Shown here: one piece after another, positions 25,948 through 39,540 of the stretch
Position numbering within the stretch: position 1 is the first letter of the stretch
Layout of the letters: every line of letters starts with the position of its first letter
Assembly: GCA_030704615.1 (NCBI GenBank)
Contig: CM060731.1
Span: 1,116,001 to 1,180,000, forward strand
Length of the DNA: 64,000 bases
Origin: Takakia lepidozioides
Taxonomy: Eukaryota > Plantae > Bryophyta
Reading direction: 5' to 3'
Translations under genes and position numbers: made by a program
The notes under the pieces: generated by a model
Databases searched by the model: none
Told to the model about the DNA's origin: nothing
Seen by the model: only the letters and a program-made list of their open reading frames with translations

Positions 25948-28900
25948 CTACTCTCCTACACCCTCCGAGGAACTTGCCCCACCTTCTTCCTCATCCCCCT
26001 CATCCTCCGAGCTCTGTGATGCATCAGTTCCACTATGCCTATGAAAAATCCCGTCCTCTCCTTGGGGGACTGTCCACCTCACCTCCTGGGAATCTTCTGC
26101 GTCTTCTCCCCCACTTTCCTCAGCAGAATCCAACACAAATCTACGAGCCCGACGGGCTCTAATAGCTGCTGCCTCCTCCCTCATCTTCATTTTCTTGAGG
26201 CTTGCCTCGTCTAAAATCTGTTGTACACGACTACGTTCGGAACACCTCCTAATGGACACCGAAGCAAGCCGGGCAGCATAAGTAGGAAGGATGTACTCCC
26301 TTTCTGGACTAGGCATGAAATCCCCCTGGCAAAAAAAGGCACGTTCCTCCTGCCCATGAACTCCGGTGTAGACGTCCCTCCGGCAGTACTTGGCATCCTA
26401 CAGTAAGAACAAATCCACTTCAAGAATGTCAATACCAGCACAAGCAGAAATGGTTTTCAATGAAATAAGAGAGCGGAGGGAGGTGCCTCACAAAATCTGG
26501 AGGCAACTTACAATGCCACCACTCACTCGTAAACCGGGGGCTCCTCGGCCTCGATCCCAACTTCCTTCCCCTGCTCCTTCTCGGATTTTTCCTCATCCTC
26601 CGAGGATGCCTTTTCCTCTTTTGGCAGACGTTCAGCCGCTGCAAGTTCCGAGTTGTGGAGGGCAGTATCTGGCTCGAAGGCGAACACATGCCTGTCGGAC
26701 AACGTCCCTACCCACATTGAAGCACCTGAGGAACAAAGCGGGCGGTTAATAGCTTGCGGCATGCAATTGCAATGGGCCAGGGGACAAACTGAGCACGTGA
26801 AGGCTTACCCGTGCCGCATGTAAGGTCCAGAATCCGCCCTTGGACATCCGAGCACGTCTCCATGAGGGTTTGGATGAAAGCAGGGCTCCAGGTCCGGCTG
26901 TACCGCCACGGTTTGCCTGTCTTTGTGTCCTTCGGCATACTAGAGTGGGGCACATAGTTGTAGAGGACATCGTAGGTTACAGGGTCCACAGCGGCATCAA
27001 CAAGACGACCGTCGTTGCGGAATTTGAACGTAGACCCTCTCTTCACAAAGCAATATGCCTCAAACACCAATGTCTGCACATCCAACAAAGAAGGGATCAA
27101 TTCCAGGGTCTACTTAACATACACCACAATATGAAGTGAATGCAATAGATTGATAACTTACACTTTGGCCACCCCTGCGTACTGATGCAGAACCATTTTC
27201 TGAGGAGGACTGGGGTGACACTTTTCGGTGTCCACCTTGCCACCGCATTCTCTGTGGTCTTCCCTCTCGTGGCAAGGACAACCACACATCCACCGTCATC
27301 CAGAAGCATCCCCGCCAGCCCAAACCCGGCTTTCCAGTAGTCCTCAGTAAACCTGTTCCAGGTGGGCATACCATCCAGGCCCTCCAGCAGCTCCCCATCT
27401 GGAATGTCGAGGAGAATCATGTCGCAAGCTCTCTCCACCTCAAACCCCCCCCCCCCCCCCCCCCCCCGAGTGCTCTTGCAATTCGTGCTCACAGCCGTGA
27501 AGAATTCCATCATGGCTTCAAAACCAGGGGTGTCTTTAGGCTCTGTACCGGCAGCCCTCTTCTTGGCTTTCCCCTTCTGCTCTGCCAGAGACTTGTTGTG
27601 TGCCACCTTCTTCGCCCTGGCAGCGAGAGCGTCAAGGAAGCTCTCATTGACGCATTGGATGATGGTTGGAGGTTCTAGCTTTGGCCTGTGCGTAAACGTC
27701 ACCGCCGAATACCGCCGTGTAGGCTCGCCCTCAAATGCCAACTTCTTGGCAGAGCCAGTCCCACTCCGAACTGACTTGGGAACCCGGACGACCGGTGACT
27801 GGGTAGGAGCAACAGCAGTCGCAGGACCTTGAACAAAATCGGCGTCGGAGTCACTCTCTTGGGTCCCCTCCTGCGCCTCCTCCGATGCCCCGATGGTTTT
27901 CTTCTTTTGGGTGTTACTGCAGTCACATGTTTCCTTGTCCTTTTCCTTTGACCTTTACTCTTCTCATGCAATTTCTCCTGAATTCCTGCCTGAGCAAGCT
28001 CTGCCGCTTTCCTGGAGTTCGCAAGCGCTTTTGCCTCTTTTGCACCCAACGGAGGCAGCGGAGCCCGGTTTCGTCGGAATTCAGCATCCAGCTTCAATTG
28101 AAACTCGGATGGGTCGAGCGAGCCGGGCGGAAGGTCCACATACCAAGGGCAATCACGCAAATGTTCCAGATGCCACTCCTTCACAATATCGTCAGTGTAC
28201 ATGGAGTCAGCCCCAGGGTTCCTCCATGCCAGGAAGAATGGTGGCTCGAAAGACTGATGACTTTTCTCCAAAAGGGAGAACTTACAGTACCTGCATTCAT
28301 GAAAAACACAATGAGGTCCGAAAATGGCTAAGTCCCTGAACGGCAATAGGGCCTACAACTGGAATATGGCGCCGAATTTCCACTTCAGGGCCACCCAGTC
28401 TAGGGACTTAGCCCGAAAATGGCTAAGTCCCTGAACGGCAATACGGCCTGGAACTGGAAAATGGCGCCGAATTTCCAGTTCAGGGCCACCCAGTCTAGGG
28501 ACTTAGCCCAAAAATGGCTAAGTCCCTTAACGGCAATAGGGCCTAAAACTGGAATATGGCGCCGAATTTCCACTTCAGGGCCAGCCAGTCTAGGGACTTA
28601 GCCCGAAAATGGCTAAGTCCCTGAATGGCAATAGGGCCTGGAACTGGAAAATGGCGCCGAATTTCCACTTCAGGGCCACCCAGTCTAGGGACTTAGCCCG
28701 AAAATGGCTAAGTCCCTGGACAGCAATAGGGCCTAGAACTGGAAAACGGCGCCGAATTTCCAGTTCCGGGCCAGCCACACTAGGGACTTAGGCCGAAAAT
28801 GGCTAAGTCCCTGAACGGCAATAGGGCCTAAAACTGGAAAACAGCGCCGAATTTCCACTTCAGGGCCAGCCAGTCTAGGGACTTAGGCCGAAAATGGCTA

Positions 28901-31900
28901 AGTCCCTGAACGGCAATAGGGCCTGGAACTGGAAAATGGCACCGAATTTCCAGTTCAGGGCCAGCCAGTCTAGGGACTTGGGCCGAAAATGGCTAAGTCC
29001 CTGGACGGCAATAGGGCCTAGAACTGGAAAACGGCGCCGAATTTCCAGTTCCGGGCCAGCCACACTAGGGACTTAGGCCGAAAATGGCTAAGTCCCTGAA
29101 CGGCAATAGGGCCTAAAACTGGAATATGGCGCCGAATTTCCACTTCAGGGCCAGCCAGTCTAGGGACTTAGGCCGAAAATGGCTAAGTCCCTGAACGGCA
29201 ATAGGGCCTGGAACTGGAAAATGGCGCCAAATTTCCAGTTCAGGGCCAGCCAGTCTAGGGACTTAGGCCGAAAATGGCTAAGTCCCTGGACGGCAATAGG
29301 GCCTAGAACTGGAAAACGGCGCCGAATTTCCAGTTCCGGGCCAGCCACACTAGGGACTTAGGCCGAAAATGGCGAAGTCCCTGAACGGCAATAGGGCCTA
29401 AAACTGGAATATGGCGCCGAATTTCCACTTCAGGGCCAGCCAGTCTAGGGACTTAGGCCGAAAATGGCTAAGTCCCTGAACGGCAATAGGGCCTGGAACT
29501 GGAAAATGGCGCTGAATTTCCAGTTCCGGGCCAGCCAGTCTAGGGACTTAGCCATTTTCGGAGCCCTGACTGGAAATTCGGCGCCATTTTCCCTAACACC
29601 ACTTGAGGCCTCTAACATCCTGAAATGCCAGGACTTGAAAGAAAGGCAGCGCGTATGTACCTGTACAGAAGGCGCATTGCTGCTTTGTCCGCGTTCGGCT
29701 GGTCGGTGAACTCGTGGCTCCGGCGAGCATCTGCTATCTCCCGAAAGAATAGGTTGGTTTTGTAGAGCAGAAAGTACCTCGTCACATAGTCACGTAGGCT
29801 CTCTGCTGCAGGAGATATCTCCATCTTGAACTGATGTGCTTGTGTGTCCAGCTGCTCTTGCGCATTCGTCGTCACCTGTGGAGATTGTCCATCAGATCGC
29901 TTTCCTCAAAAAATACAATGAATCCACCCCCTACTAGAGTAGAAGCCCCAAACGAAGCGTGGGGAAGTACCTGAAACCACCATGTCATGCGGTTCATCCA
30001 CATGTCGAATGTGGGGTCAGAGAGTTTGTCCGGTTTGGGGAAGCTCCACATGTCCCTGGTACTTTGGGAACCATTCCAGATTTGGAGCCACCGGGTTGTC
30101 CAACCACCCAGCATATTCGTAAGCGCCAAACACCACAAAAAGGAGTTGTTGCCACCACAATTTTGTTAAGAATGTATCACATTTTCTGTTGCATCCACAC
30201 AGGATGTGGCTAGACGATGGAGCTTCTCCAATGTCATCGTGGGCTTCAGAGCGCGAGAGTAGTGCTTCCCCACCTCCACCAGAAAGTCGGCACCAAGGGC
30301 GGGATCAGCTATGGCCACGTACTTTACCATCCGCGACTTGTACTTTATGCGGGCCCTCACCTCCGCAGCTTTGACATACGATTCGAGTTCCGGGAGGGTT
30401 GGATTCTTCTCCTCTGACTCCATGTAGAACCTCCGCGCATGTGCCAAATCCTGCTGTATTTTCGTCTGTCAAGAATGCGCACATAAGATTAGAGATCCTG
30501 CTCAACACAATTTCTTCTATTGGGGAGGAGAGACAGATTAGCTCAACAAAACTGTCAGGAGCTTTACCCGAAATATGTAGTCCACCATGGCGTCGACGCT
30601 CAGCCTATACCAGGTTCTGTCTGCCTTTGCCTCCGACTTGCGCAGGAGGTCGGCACTGAGGGAATTGGCAAACTCTTGCACCCCTGCTTCCCGACATCCT
30701 TCACTCGGAAGAGCATATGGGACAAGTTGGTGGCAATGAAGGCATTCTCAGTCACCCTGCAGTGCCACATTTCCATCAAACAATACTGAAATGGGAATTT
30801 TCATCATATATGAGGATTCGCAATGAAATGACTTCCAAATTCAAAGTCCAAAAGCGAGAGGGGTTGTAGCTTACGAGTTGATGTCGGCCATTGCAGCTTT
30901 GAGAAGACTGCGATCTTTGGGCCCCGCAACCTTCAGCACAACACAATCGACGGCGAAATGCCAATCGAGATCGTTGGGGTGGGCTTGGGCAATGTGCTCC
31001 ATCCATGCCAGGAGGCGATGATTGCCGTCCCACACGTAGAACATCTTACCGGACATGTGCTGGAAAAGAGGATCACTAGCAATCGATCTCTCGAACTCCT
31101 CATTTCGCGTTTGCCAATGGGGACCCCATTTGTCCACCTCATCGGAAGTGTGGGCACGGGAAGCTCCGTGGTCGTTCTCAATGGAAACGTAAAAGGCGGC
31201 AGACCCCATTCGATATCCATCCCGGAAAGAGAATTTCAGCTTGTCGATATCGCCTGGGAGGGCAGGTCTCACCACCTGCAATGACACCAAGCGGCAAAGG
31301 GGAATTCGAAGCTTGGCCGGGTACACCATGCCCCCCAGCACCCTGCCAATGTTGCTGTGGGTTGCCTCCAACATCTTGGCAGCGGCCAACTTCATATCCG
31401 CCTCAGACATGACGTCTGCTGCAGAGGGGTTTTCCGGCAGCCCACCAGGACCGCCAAATCCAGCCTGTATGCTCCGGGTTTGGGGCCTGGGGATGTCCGG
31501 GAGGATGTCATCCTGGTCAGAAACCTCCATGTCGTCCTCCTCAACAGGGTCAGCCACCTGCGAAACCACCTCCAGCACTCTCGTCGTCTCTACTGCCCTC
31601 TCCCTGGCTTCACCTCGAACTTGCACAATCCGTGCTCTTTCAGGTGTTCTTTCCTCTCCTCCACTCTCCACCGTATGGGTAATTGCGGGGGCTGCTCTTG
31701 CCCGCGATGGTCTAACCGGTGTGCTACTGCCTCTCTGTGGTGTCTTGTAGGGATCCACCGTCTCTGTGGGTCCCTCGCTTACATTGGCATCTGTCATTTG
31801 GGCACCCCTGGCCTCTTCAGCTGCCTTTTGTCTTTCCTCCTGGCTAGCATTCTGTCTCGTCTGTTCTTTTGCCCTCTCTTTTGCCCTCTCACGGGCTTTC

Positions 31901-32145
31901 TGTTTCTTACTAGGGCTAGCAGCAGGGGAGCCCTCCAGGACGACCACCTTTGATTGAGGCGAACTGACACCCTCGCGCGCACTGCTCACTCCCCCCTCCG
32001 CAGCCCGTGACTGCTCTCTCGCCGGGGATTGCATGTGCTTAGCTTTCTTCTTTTTCTTTGCGTGGGCGGGCCCTACTGCATGTGCATGAACAACCTCCAT
32101 TGCCGGATCTGCTGTCCTCATGTCCTCACGCCCTTCACCTGCCAT
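25948..32145 (-). CDS. Element B gene 2: ParB/Srx-like + beta-class MTase-like fusion, multi-exon, with a few apparent frameshifts
   Basis: LRIPLCRLVSLQVVRP...FYVWDGNHRLLAW (about 31000-31310); CDMILLDIPDG (about 27400); SPAFIQTLMETCSDVQGRILDLTCGTG|ASMWVGTLSDRHVFAFEPD. Frame changes near 27880 and 26320. 5' end uncertain. Confidence 0.78.
28320..29560. repeat. Intronic 95-bp tandem repeat (~13 units, 285-bp higher-order period); each unit is a hairpin centred on GGAAAATGGCGCCGAATTTCC
   Basis: Unit gaaaatggctaagtccctgaacggcaatagggcctggaactggaaaatggcgccgaatttccagttcagggccagccagtctagggacttaggcc. Near-identical ORFs recur at 28609, 28894, 29179 and 29464. Lies in intron 28291-29660. Confidence 0.95.
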
Positions 32146-33059
32146 GCCGCCTGCACCAACCTCCCCAATGCCTACTCTGTCGTAATCTCGTTGCAAGTCC
32201 TCCCGTCCACCAACAAAAAGGTTTAAGTTTGCCCTCTCGCCCCAAGTTGGGCGATTCAAACATGCGATGAGTTGGAGCTGTCGATGATACCACCAGCGTG
32301 CCGGGCTCGTCGTCACTCTGTCATTGACAAAAATCGTGAAAACCAACATCGGTGCAAAAAGCAGCATCGCAACGAGCAGCGCAACCACCATAGCAACAAT
32401 CATGTAGCAAAAATGAAAACATAACAAGTTTAGGAAGTATGGAGAGCCATGCAACAACAATGAAAACAAATGCAACCATTGCCTAAGAATGACATGCACA
32501 AGCAGCCTTCTCCAGAGCTGCCGGATTTGCACACGCATTGCAAACAATCTAAGGTTCACTCAACTATCTAAAGTTCACTCATACAGCAAAGCCAGGATGA
32601 AGATGCAAAAACAAAGCGAGGTAACAAAGCGAAAGCAAAAAATAAATCGAACAAACCGAAAGCAGAAGTGGCTTGCCTGAGAGTACTCGGCTTCAGTTGG
32701 CGCAGGTTGTGAGCAAGACACTGGAATCTCCTGCTGGAGCTTCAGTTTGGCCATGCGAGAGATTGGCCGTCGTCCGTAGTACAGAGCTTTCAACTTCCGC
32801 CGCGGTCTGGATGTGAGGTCTCTCTCAGGAGAGCCACGCCCTTCAGGCGGCATAAGTCCCAGCCAAAAAGATCTCCTTTTTTGGGGTACATGCCTGGAAT
32901 ACCATGTTAAGCCAAGTTTAGCATGAGATTTAGGGTACGTGTCCAGGAAGCCATGCGTCGCCAGCCCGAATAATAACCGACGGCCGTCGACATTTATTGC
33001 CCAACTGCGCAATTAAATGTCGGATGAAGCCCTCCATGTCGGATGAAAATCGACGTAAA

Positions 33060-35090
33060 CAGTCCCGGAATTTCCAACGTAGAGGTAATTCGGAGCGCTG
33101 CACGATGGAATTCCGGCGCCGGATTTCCATCCTGCAGGTAATTCGGAGCGCAGCAGGATGGATATCCGGCGCCGAATTTCCATCCGCGGAGGAAGGGCGG
33201 CGCTGGAAATTTCCCTCACGCAGGTAATTCGGAAGCGCGCGGATGGAAATCCGGCGCCGAATTTCCATCCGCCAGGTAGGGCGGCGCTGGAAATTTCCCT
33301 CAAGCAGGTAATTCGGAAGCGCGCGGATGGAAATCCGGCGCCGAATTTCCATCCGCGGAGGTAGGGCGGCGCGCCGAATTTCCCTCACGCAGGTAATTCG
33401 GTGCCGAATTTCCATCATGAGGTAATTCGAATCCGGATGAATGAAATTCGGCGCCGAATTTCCATCCTGCAGGTCAGTGGAATCCGGATAAATGAAAATT
33501 CGGCGCCGAATTTCCATCCTGCAGGTAATTCGAATCCCGGATGAATGGAAATCGGCGCCGAATTTCCATCCAGCAGGTAATTCGAATCCCGGATGAATGG
33601 AAATTCGGCGCCGAATTTCCACCAGCAGGTAATTCGAATCCCGGATGAATGGAAATTCGGCGCCGAATTTCCATCCTGCAGGTAATGGAATCCCGGATAA
33701 ATGGAAATTCGGCGCCGAATTTCCATCCTGCAGGTAATTCGAATACCGGATGAATGGAATGGAAATTCGGCGCCGAATTTCCATCCAGCAGGTGATTCGA
33801 ATCCCGGATGAATGGAATTCGGGCCGAATTTCCATCCAGCAGGTAAGTCGGATCGGTGCCGTATGGATATTCGGCGCCGAATTTCCATTCGCCAAGTATT
33901 TCTGAGCGAGGAATTACCTTCGTGCAGGTAATTCCCAGATGAGAATTACCTTTGCAGGTAATTCGTCGATCAGAATTACCTTCGTGCAGGTAATTCTGGA
34001 CGAGGAATTAACATCCTACCGCATCGTTGGAATTACCTGCAGGAAGGTAATTCTCATCTGGAAATTACCTGCACGAAGGTAATTCTCATCTGGGAATTAC
34101 CTGCAGGAAGGTAATTCTGAGCGATGAAATACATGGCGAATGGAAATTCGGCGCCGAATATCCATACGCCACCGATCCGACTTACCTGCTGGATGGAAAT
34201 TCGGCGCCGAATTTCCATTCATCCGGGATTCGAATTACCTGCAGGATGGAAATTCGGCGCCGAATTTCCATTTATCCGGGATTCCATTTACCTGCTGAAT
34301 GGAAATTCGGCGCCGAATCTCCATCCATCCGAGATTCCACTTACCTGCTGGATGGAAATTCGGCGCCGAATCTCCATCCATCCGGGATTCCACTTACCTG
34401 CTGGATGGAAATTCGGCGCCGAATTCCATCCATCCATCCGGGGATGGTCTCTGTCGGAGAGGTGCCGCCTCTCCGCCGCTCTGTTGGATATTCGGTGCCG
34501 AATTTCCGTCCCGGGGGTTGAAATATGACGGCCAGGTGCCGACCTCTCCCCTCTCCCCGACTGCATTGGAACGGCCCCGAATTGAAATTCGGCGCCGTTT
34601 TCCCATCTGGGGAGGTTTTTATGTCGGCCAGTTTTCGGTCTGACCCCCGACAAGACTTCCTTTGGGGGGCCCGGATGGAAATTCGGCGCCGAATCTCCAT
34701 CCAGGGGATGTTCTCTGTCGCACACTCGCCGGCCTCTGCGCCGAGGCGACTTCATCCGGGCGTCCCCTGTTCGATATTCGGTGCCGAATTTCCGTCGGGG
34801 GTTGAAATGTGACGGCCAAGTGCAGGCCTCCCCCCTCCCCGACTGCATCCGAACCGCCCCGGATGGAAATTCGGCGCCGTTTTTCCATCTGGGGATGTTT
34901 TTATGCCGTCCAGTTTTCGGCCTGACCCCCCGACACGACTTCCTTTGGGGGGCCCGGATGGAAATTCGGCGCCGAATCTCCATCCAGGGGATGTTCTCTG
35001 TCGCACACACTCCGGGCTCTGCGCCCGAGGCGACTTCATCCGGGCTTCCTCTGTTGGATATTGGGTGCCGAATTTCCATTCGGGTAGTAA
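33060..35090. repeat. Intergenic array of the perfect palindrome GGAAATTCGGCGCCGAATTTCC between the two divergent genes of B
   Basis: Roughly 30 copies, often extended to GGATGGAAATTCGGCGCCGAATTTCCATCC. Inverted arms flank a central block (33900-34120) of GAATTACCT...AGGTAATTC palindromes. Confidence 0.93.
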
Positions 35091-35380
35091 TGTGACGGCA
35101 CGGTGCCGGCTTCTCCCCTTCAGCCGTCATCATCCGGACGGCCCCCCACTTTCTGACTGCATACCGTTGGCAGTTATTGCGCAAAGACGAGGGGCCGCAT
35201 TCCGGAGACAAGGTTCATTAACACTCTGACTGTGGATTTTTGAGATAGTTGGCTCCCTGGATTTGGATCAGGCTTCGTCGCTCGGACAAATCGGCATCGC
35301 ATTCATTCCCATCGCTGCACCCCCTTCTACCAGGGAGCTTCCCCGCACGCCATCCTGGCAGTCTTGTGTGCACATCTCCC

Positions 35381-38300
35381 ATGGCGGAAAACCCGAGCGC
35401 TACAGTGTACTGCCCTCCTCACGAGCATAGAGCTTCATTTCCGTGCAGAGGGGACACCTGCCGGGTGATGGAGAAATATCTGTGCGTTCGATACCACCTG
35501 AAACCGGGGTCGGTTTTTTTGGAGGAGGAAAGGAAGGACTCAAACGGCCTTGTTGTCGAGAGTATTGTTGTGCTCCACGATGATTTCGGCGATGGCAGGG
35601 AATGGCGAGTTCCAGCCAGGGCTGTTGGGGACTTCATTTGCCCGCCAAATGCACTGTCTATCCTGGCGCCTTCCACGAAACAATCCGCGAATCAGAGAGT
35701 GGGTACCTCAAAGAGAGAAGTCCGCAACGAAGTAAATCCAGAGCCGAACCCATCCATGAAGACGACCGAGAACCGGGTTGTTCACAACCTGTCCGACTCA
35801 GACGAGGTCATGGAAGTTCCGAGGTCGTCCTGGAGATCAGGCAAGTCCTCAATGGACGTCAGTGGAGGAGGGAGTCATATTCCCAGCACGAGCACCGCAG
35901 TTCGATCTATTCTAGAAATTCTGCGAGGGCTTCACCTGGAGGACACCGGTCGGAGCTGGCCGGCTGGACTACAGCAAGTTCGCAATTAAATCGGTTACAT
36001 GCCTTCCCGCCGACGTCGACGGTAATATCTTCTTTGAGTTCCCTCCTCGGGCGGACTACTCGAGGGCGTCCGGAATGTTGACAGATATGGATAGAAAACA
36101 TGACGGTCATCCTTGGTGCGTTACCAAAACCACCAGCATGAAGATGCTTGATGGTGTGCGGGTGCGCTACGTTGTTTGTGCGGGCGCGTTGCGGTGTTTC
36201 TCCCCAACTTGCTTCCACTTTAAATCCAGAGGTCACAGGAACGAGACCGATTGGACAGGCACAGCTCACCAACCATTTCGAGCTCAGGAGAAGGTTCCGA
36301 ACTCCACATTTAAGTGTGCGCATTGCAAAGAACCACCACACTGCATGTCTGTTTGTAATGCCAAGCAGTTCTATGTGTTGCACCGTTTCCCTGACCTCAC
36401 CCGAGCTTGCATACACGTTGGTTCCCATTGTCACAAATTGGCGAGGGGGAACTCGCGGGAGGCTGCCCACGAAGCAGAGCAGCTCGTTCAGGAGGAGGTT
36501 AAGTTGAGACCGGGTGCCAAACCCAAACAGATACAGCTCCAAGCCGCCCATAAGATGGCATTGGCCAGAATTATGTCGGAAGACGGCTCCGATAGAGTTC
36601 CTCTCGACGAGAAGGAAATGGAGGCATTGCTGGAGTCGGTGTCCCACGTATGTTCACCGAATGTCCGAAACCACATTGTCTCATGCAAACAGAAAATTGG
36701 GCGTGGCTCGGATATGCACTCCATTCTGGAGGTGAAGCGACGATGTGGATATGACTACATTCATGGAAGTAGGTTTCCAGGACAAGGGACTGAGGCAGAT
36801 CGTTGTTTCGTATTCAAAATGTCCACGTGTGGACCTGGCAGTGGCGTCGAACTGGTCGACAGGATGACGAGTGGGAACTTGTCAAACAGTTGGGTCATGT
36901 TCGACCATATCAAGCGAATTACAAATCACCAGTGGGTGACAATGGGTGCACATGTCTACGACACCCACTGCAGGATGCTAATGACAATTGCTATTTGTGA
37001 GATGAAAGGAGAGGACACACAATCGGAGATGCTTCTTTGGCAGGGAATAAACGAACAGATGGCCAAGGCGGGATTGCCCCCTCCCAATTTCCGTGGTTTC
37101 ATGGCGGACAACGCACAAGCAAATTGGGCTGCCATCCGAAGGGTGTACGGGCAAGACCCCAATGTTCCCATGGAAGGCAAGGAGAGATCTTGTGGGTTCC
37201 ATTTTCTGCAGAGCCTTTCGCAGTACACAACCAGGCTCGTGGCGCCAGATTTCAGAGAGGAGCACCGTTCCATGTGCCTTGCGTGGAAGCGCGCTCCCAC
37301 CTTGGATGATGCAGAGACACAGTTTGCATGCATACGGGCTTGGTGGACATCGTCAGGTGCTGTAAGGAAATCAGACGAAGGAGCAATGGTCAGTTGGCTA
37401 GCATGGTGGCATTATCGTTTCCTCCAGTTCGGCGACTATATGCGGGAGGTGAGTTGCACGAATTCGCGTCCCGTTGGATATTATTCTTGGCCATATTTGT
37501 AACTTGCTTGTAACCTGAACATGTGCTTGTGCAGGAAATGTGTCTCGACTCCGACACCGACATGCCCACGACAAACATGGCCGAATCAGTGCACTCTTCC
37601 TGGCGTGCCTCCTCTGCGGCGCATCTGGTGGACATCCTCACTGCCACAACGGAGGACATTGTGAGGTCAATTATGCAGCAATGCAGGTACAACGAGTTCT
37701 TGAAAGGGAAACAGTGGGGCTTGGGGCCGGACAGGCAGGAAATGCTGATGCGGACTGCCTCCAGATCGAAGAATCCTCGGAAGTGGGCGGCGGCCTTGCG
37801 AGAGGGCCTTCGGGACACGCCATTGCTGCGAAGAGGCCAACATTTGGAAGGAGATGTTCATACCCGTCCAGTGAGACGAAGACTTGACGAGGCACCTGGC
37901 GGAGAAGAGGATTCATGGCGAGCTGACAAGAATATTCGCACGCTCCCTCGTGGTCCGGTGATGTTGTCCGAGGAGGTCTCGTCGAGCACCGGAAGTCCTG
38001 CACGTTCAAGATCGCCATCTCCTTTGAGCACAGGGCGCGTGCCCCGGCAACATAACGAGCCATCTGTAGTAAAGCATACAACATTCCCATTGTGGAGACA
38101 AGAGTGTCGGAGTCACAGTGGAGAATTGCGAGGACATTGCCGGCATTTCGAGGGAAGTGTTGCGCCATCCGGGTGGATACGAGAGCACGCTGTGGTGAGA
38201 TGATTCGGAGGAACCCACACGGTGCTGTACCTGCACCTTGTTTCCGGCAGATTTTTGACTCCCACATTTGCTCACGCCACAACGCAGACATTTTGGTTCT

Positions 38301-38950
38301 GTAGGCACGACATAATGACCTGTGTATTTGGCAAGCCCAAGTACGGGATTCAGGGAATGCCGGAGCCTCCGGGCGTCTGGCCTGTTGCACCGGGTTGCAG
38401 CCTCTCTCAGAATGAGGCGGATGCTCTATCTGCAGCAGGATTTCGAATGGTGCAACGCACAGACATCCCGGCCCACGCATTTCCGGTTCCTCAGACCCAG
38501 CCATTGCAGACTGCTCGGTCCAGTAGAGACGGATTGGACAATTCTGCACATCCCACAATGCGATTCGGAAGAGTGAAGAGACGACACCCTCCCAACAAGT
38601 TGAATGAGACTCGGATTGCCAATGCTCTTGGGATGGCTTGCACTATTCAGAGCTCCGTGGACGTACCCCCACCCGGCCTTGGGCGTGTGTATCGGATGGC
38701 AACGGCCGGCTCGGCTGTACGCGACGATGTATACACAATTACGATTGGAGTGGAGCCGACTTGCAACTGTACGGACTTCTCGTTGATGGAAGCAAAGAAG
38801 GGTTCGAAGTATTATCCGTGCAAGCATCTGTATTACATTTACCTGAAGAGGTTGAGGATGAACGTGACTATTGATGACTTTATTCATGCACCGGCGTTGA
38901 GCGTGAACGAGCTGCACAAACTCCTCCTTAGGGATTCCAGAAATCATTGA
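35381..38950 (+). pseudogene. Mutator-family transposase of element B, with frameshifts
   Basis: KHDGHPW, WVMFD, FMADNAQANWAAI...CGFH, TTNMAESVH, SWIM CNCTDF...PCKHLY. Same intron position as in A (MRE|EMC). Frame changes near 35950 and 38090-38250. Confidence 0.9.
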
Positions 38951-39104
38951 TGGGGCAAACGGAATCCTCCATATGGATATTTTCAAATGCATTTTGCTGT
39001 ATCAGACTTTTTTTTGCAGTGTAATGAAATGCACCCCAAAACTCCTGGAATGAGGCAATATTCCATTCAAACTGAGATCCAACAGAAGCAGTTGTGGGGC
39101 CATT

Positions 39105-39540
39105 TCTGGAAAAATGGCGCCGAATTTCTCTTTTTGGGGCCGAAAACTCGCTAAGTCCCAACATGCACTGGTACCTGTGTTTGGGAAAATGGCGCCGAAT
39201 TTCTCTTTTTGGGCCGAAAACTGGCTAAGTCCCAACATGCACTGGTACCGTGTCTGGAAAAATGGCGCCGAATTTCTCTTTTTTGGGCCGAAAACTGGCT
39301 AAGTCCCAACATGCACTGGTACAGTGTCTGGAAAAATGGCGCCGAATTTCCCTATTTTGCGCCGAAAAACTGGCTAAGTCCGAACATACACTGGAAAAAT
39401 GGCGCCGAATTACCTGTCATGAGGGGACCTATAGCCGCGGAATTCGGCACCATTTTTCGCCAGAGAGACCTATTGCCGCGAAATACGTCGCCGTTTTTTC
39501 AGGTTACGGACCCTATTACCGCGAAATTCGGCGCCATATT
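39105..39540. repeat. ~62-bp tandem repeat with the B-type palindrome, downstream of the transposase
   Basis: ctggaaaaatggcgccgaatttctc...ggccgaaaactggctaagtcccaacatgcactggtac, about 5 copies plus degenerate ones. Confidence 0.88.

Noticed and set aside
25948-26441. A separate third small gene in B (and at 22298-22720 in C)
   Set aside because: Phase-2 splice sites (TAC GA|GTGAGT ... AG|G) join it in frame as the terminal exon of gene 2; A has an equivalent exon at 17198-17444.
32280-32559. Hydrophobic, transmembrane-like N-terminus of ORF 30871-32559
   Set aside because: Not conserved in A or C; T-rich on the coding strand, so probably intron read-through.
32930-35229. Many overlapping ORFs with MEIRRRIS / GNSAPNF / WKFGAEF repeats (and MRCRIS ORFs in the other arrays)
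   Set aside because: Translation artefacts of stop-free palindromes, appearing in all six frames.
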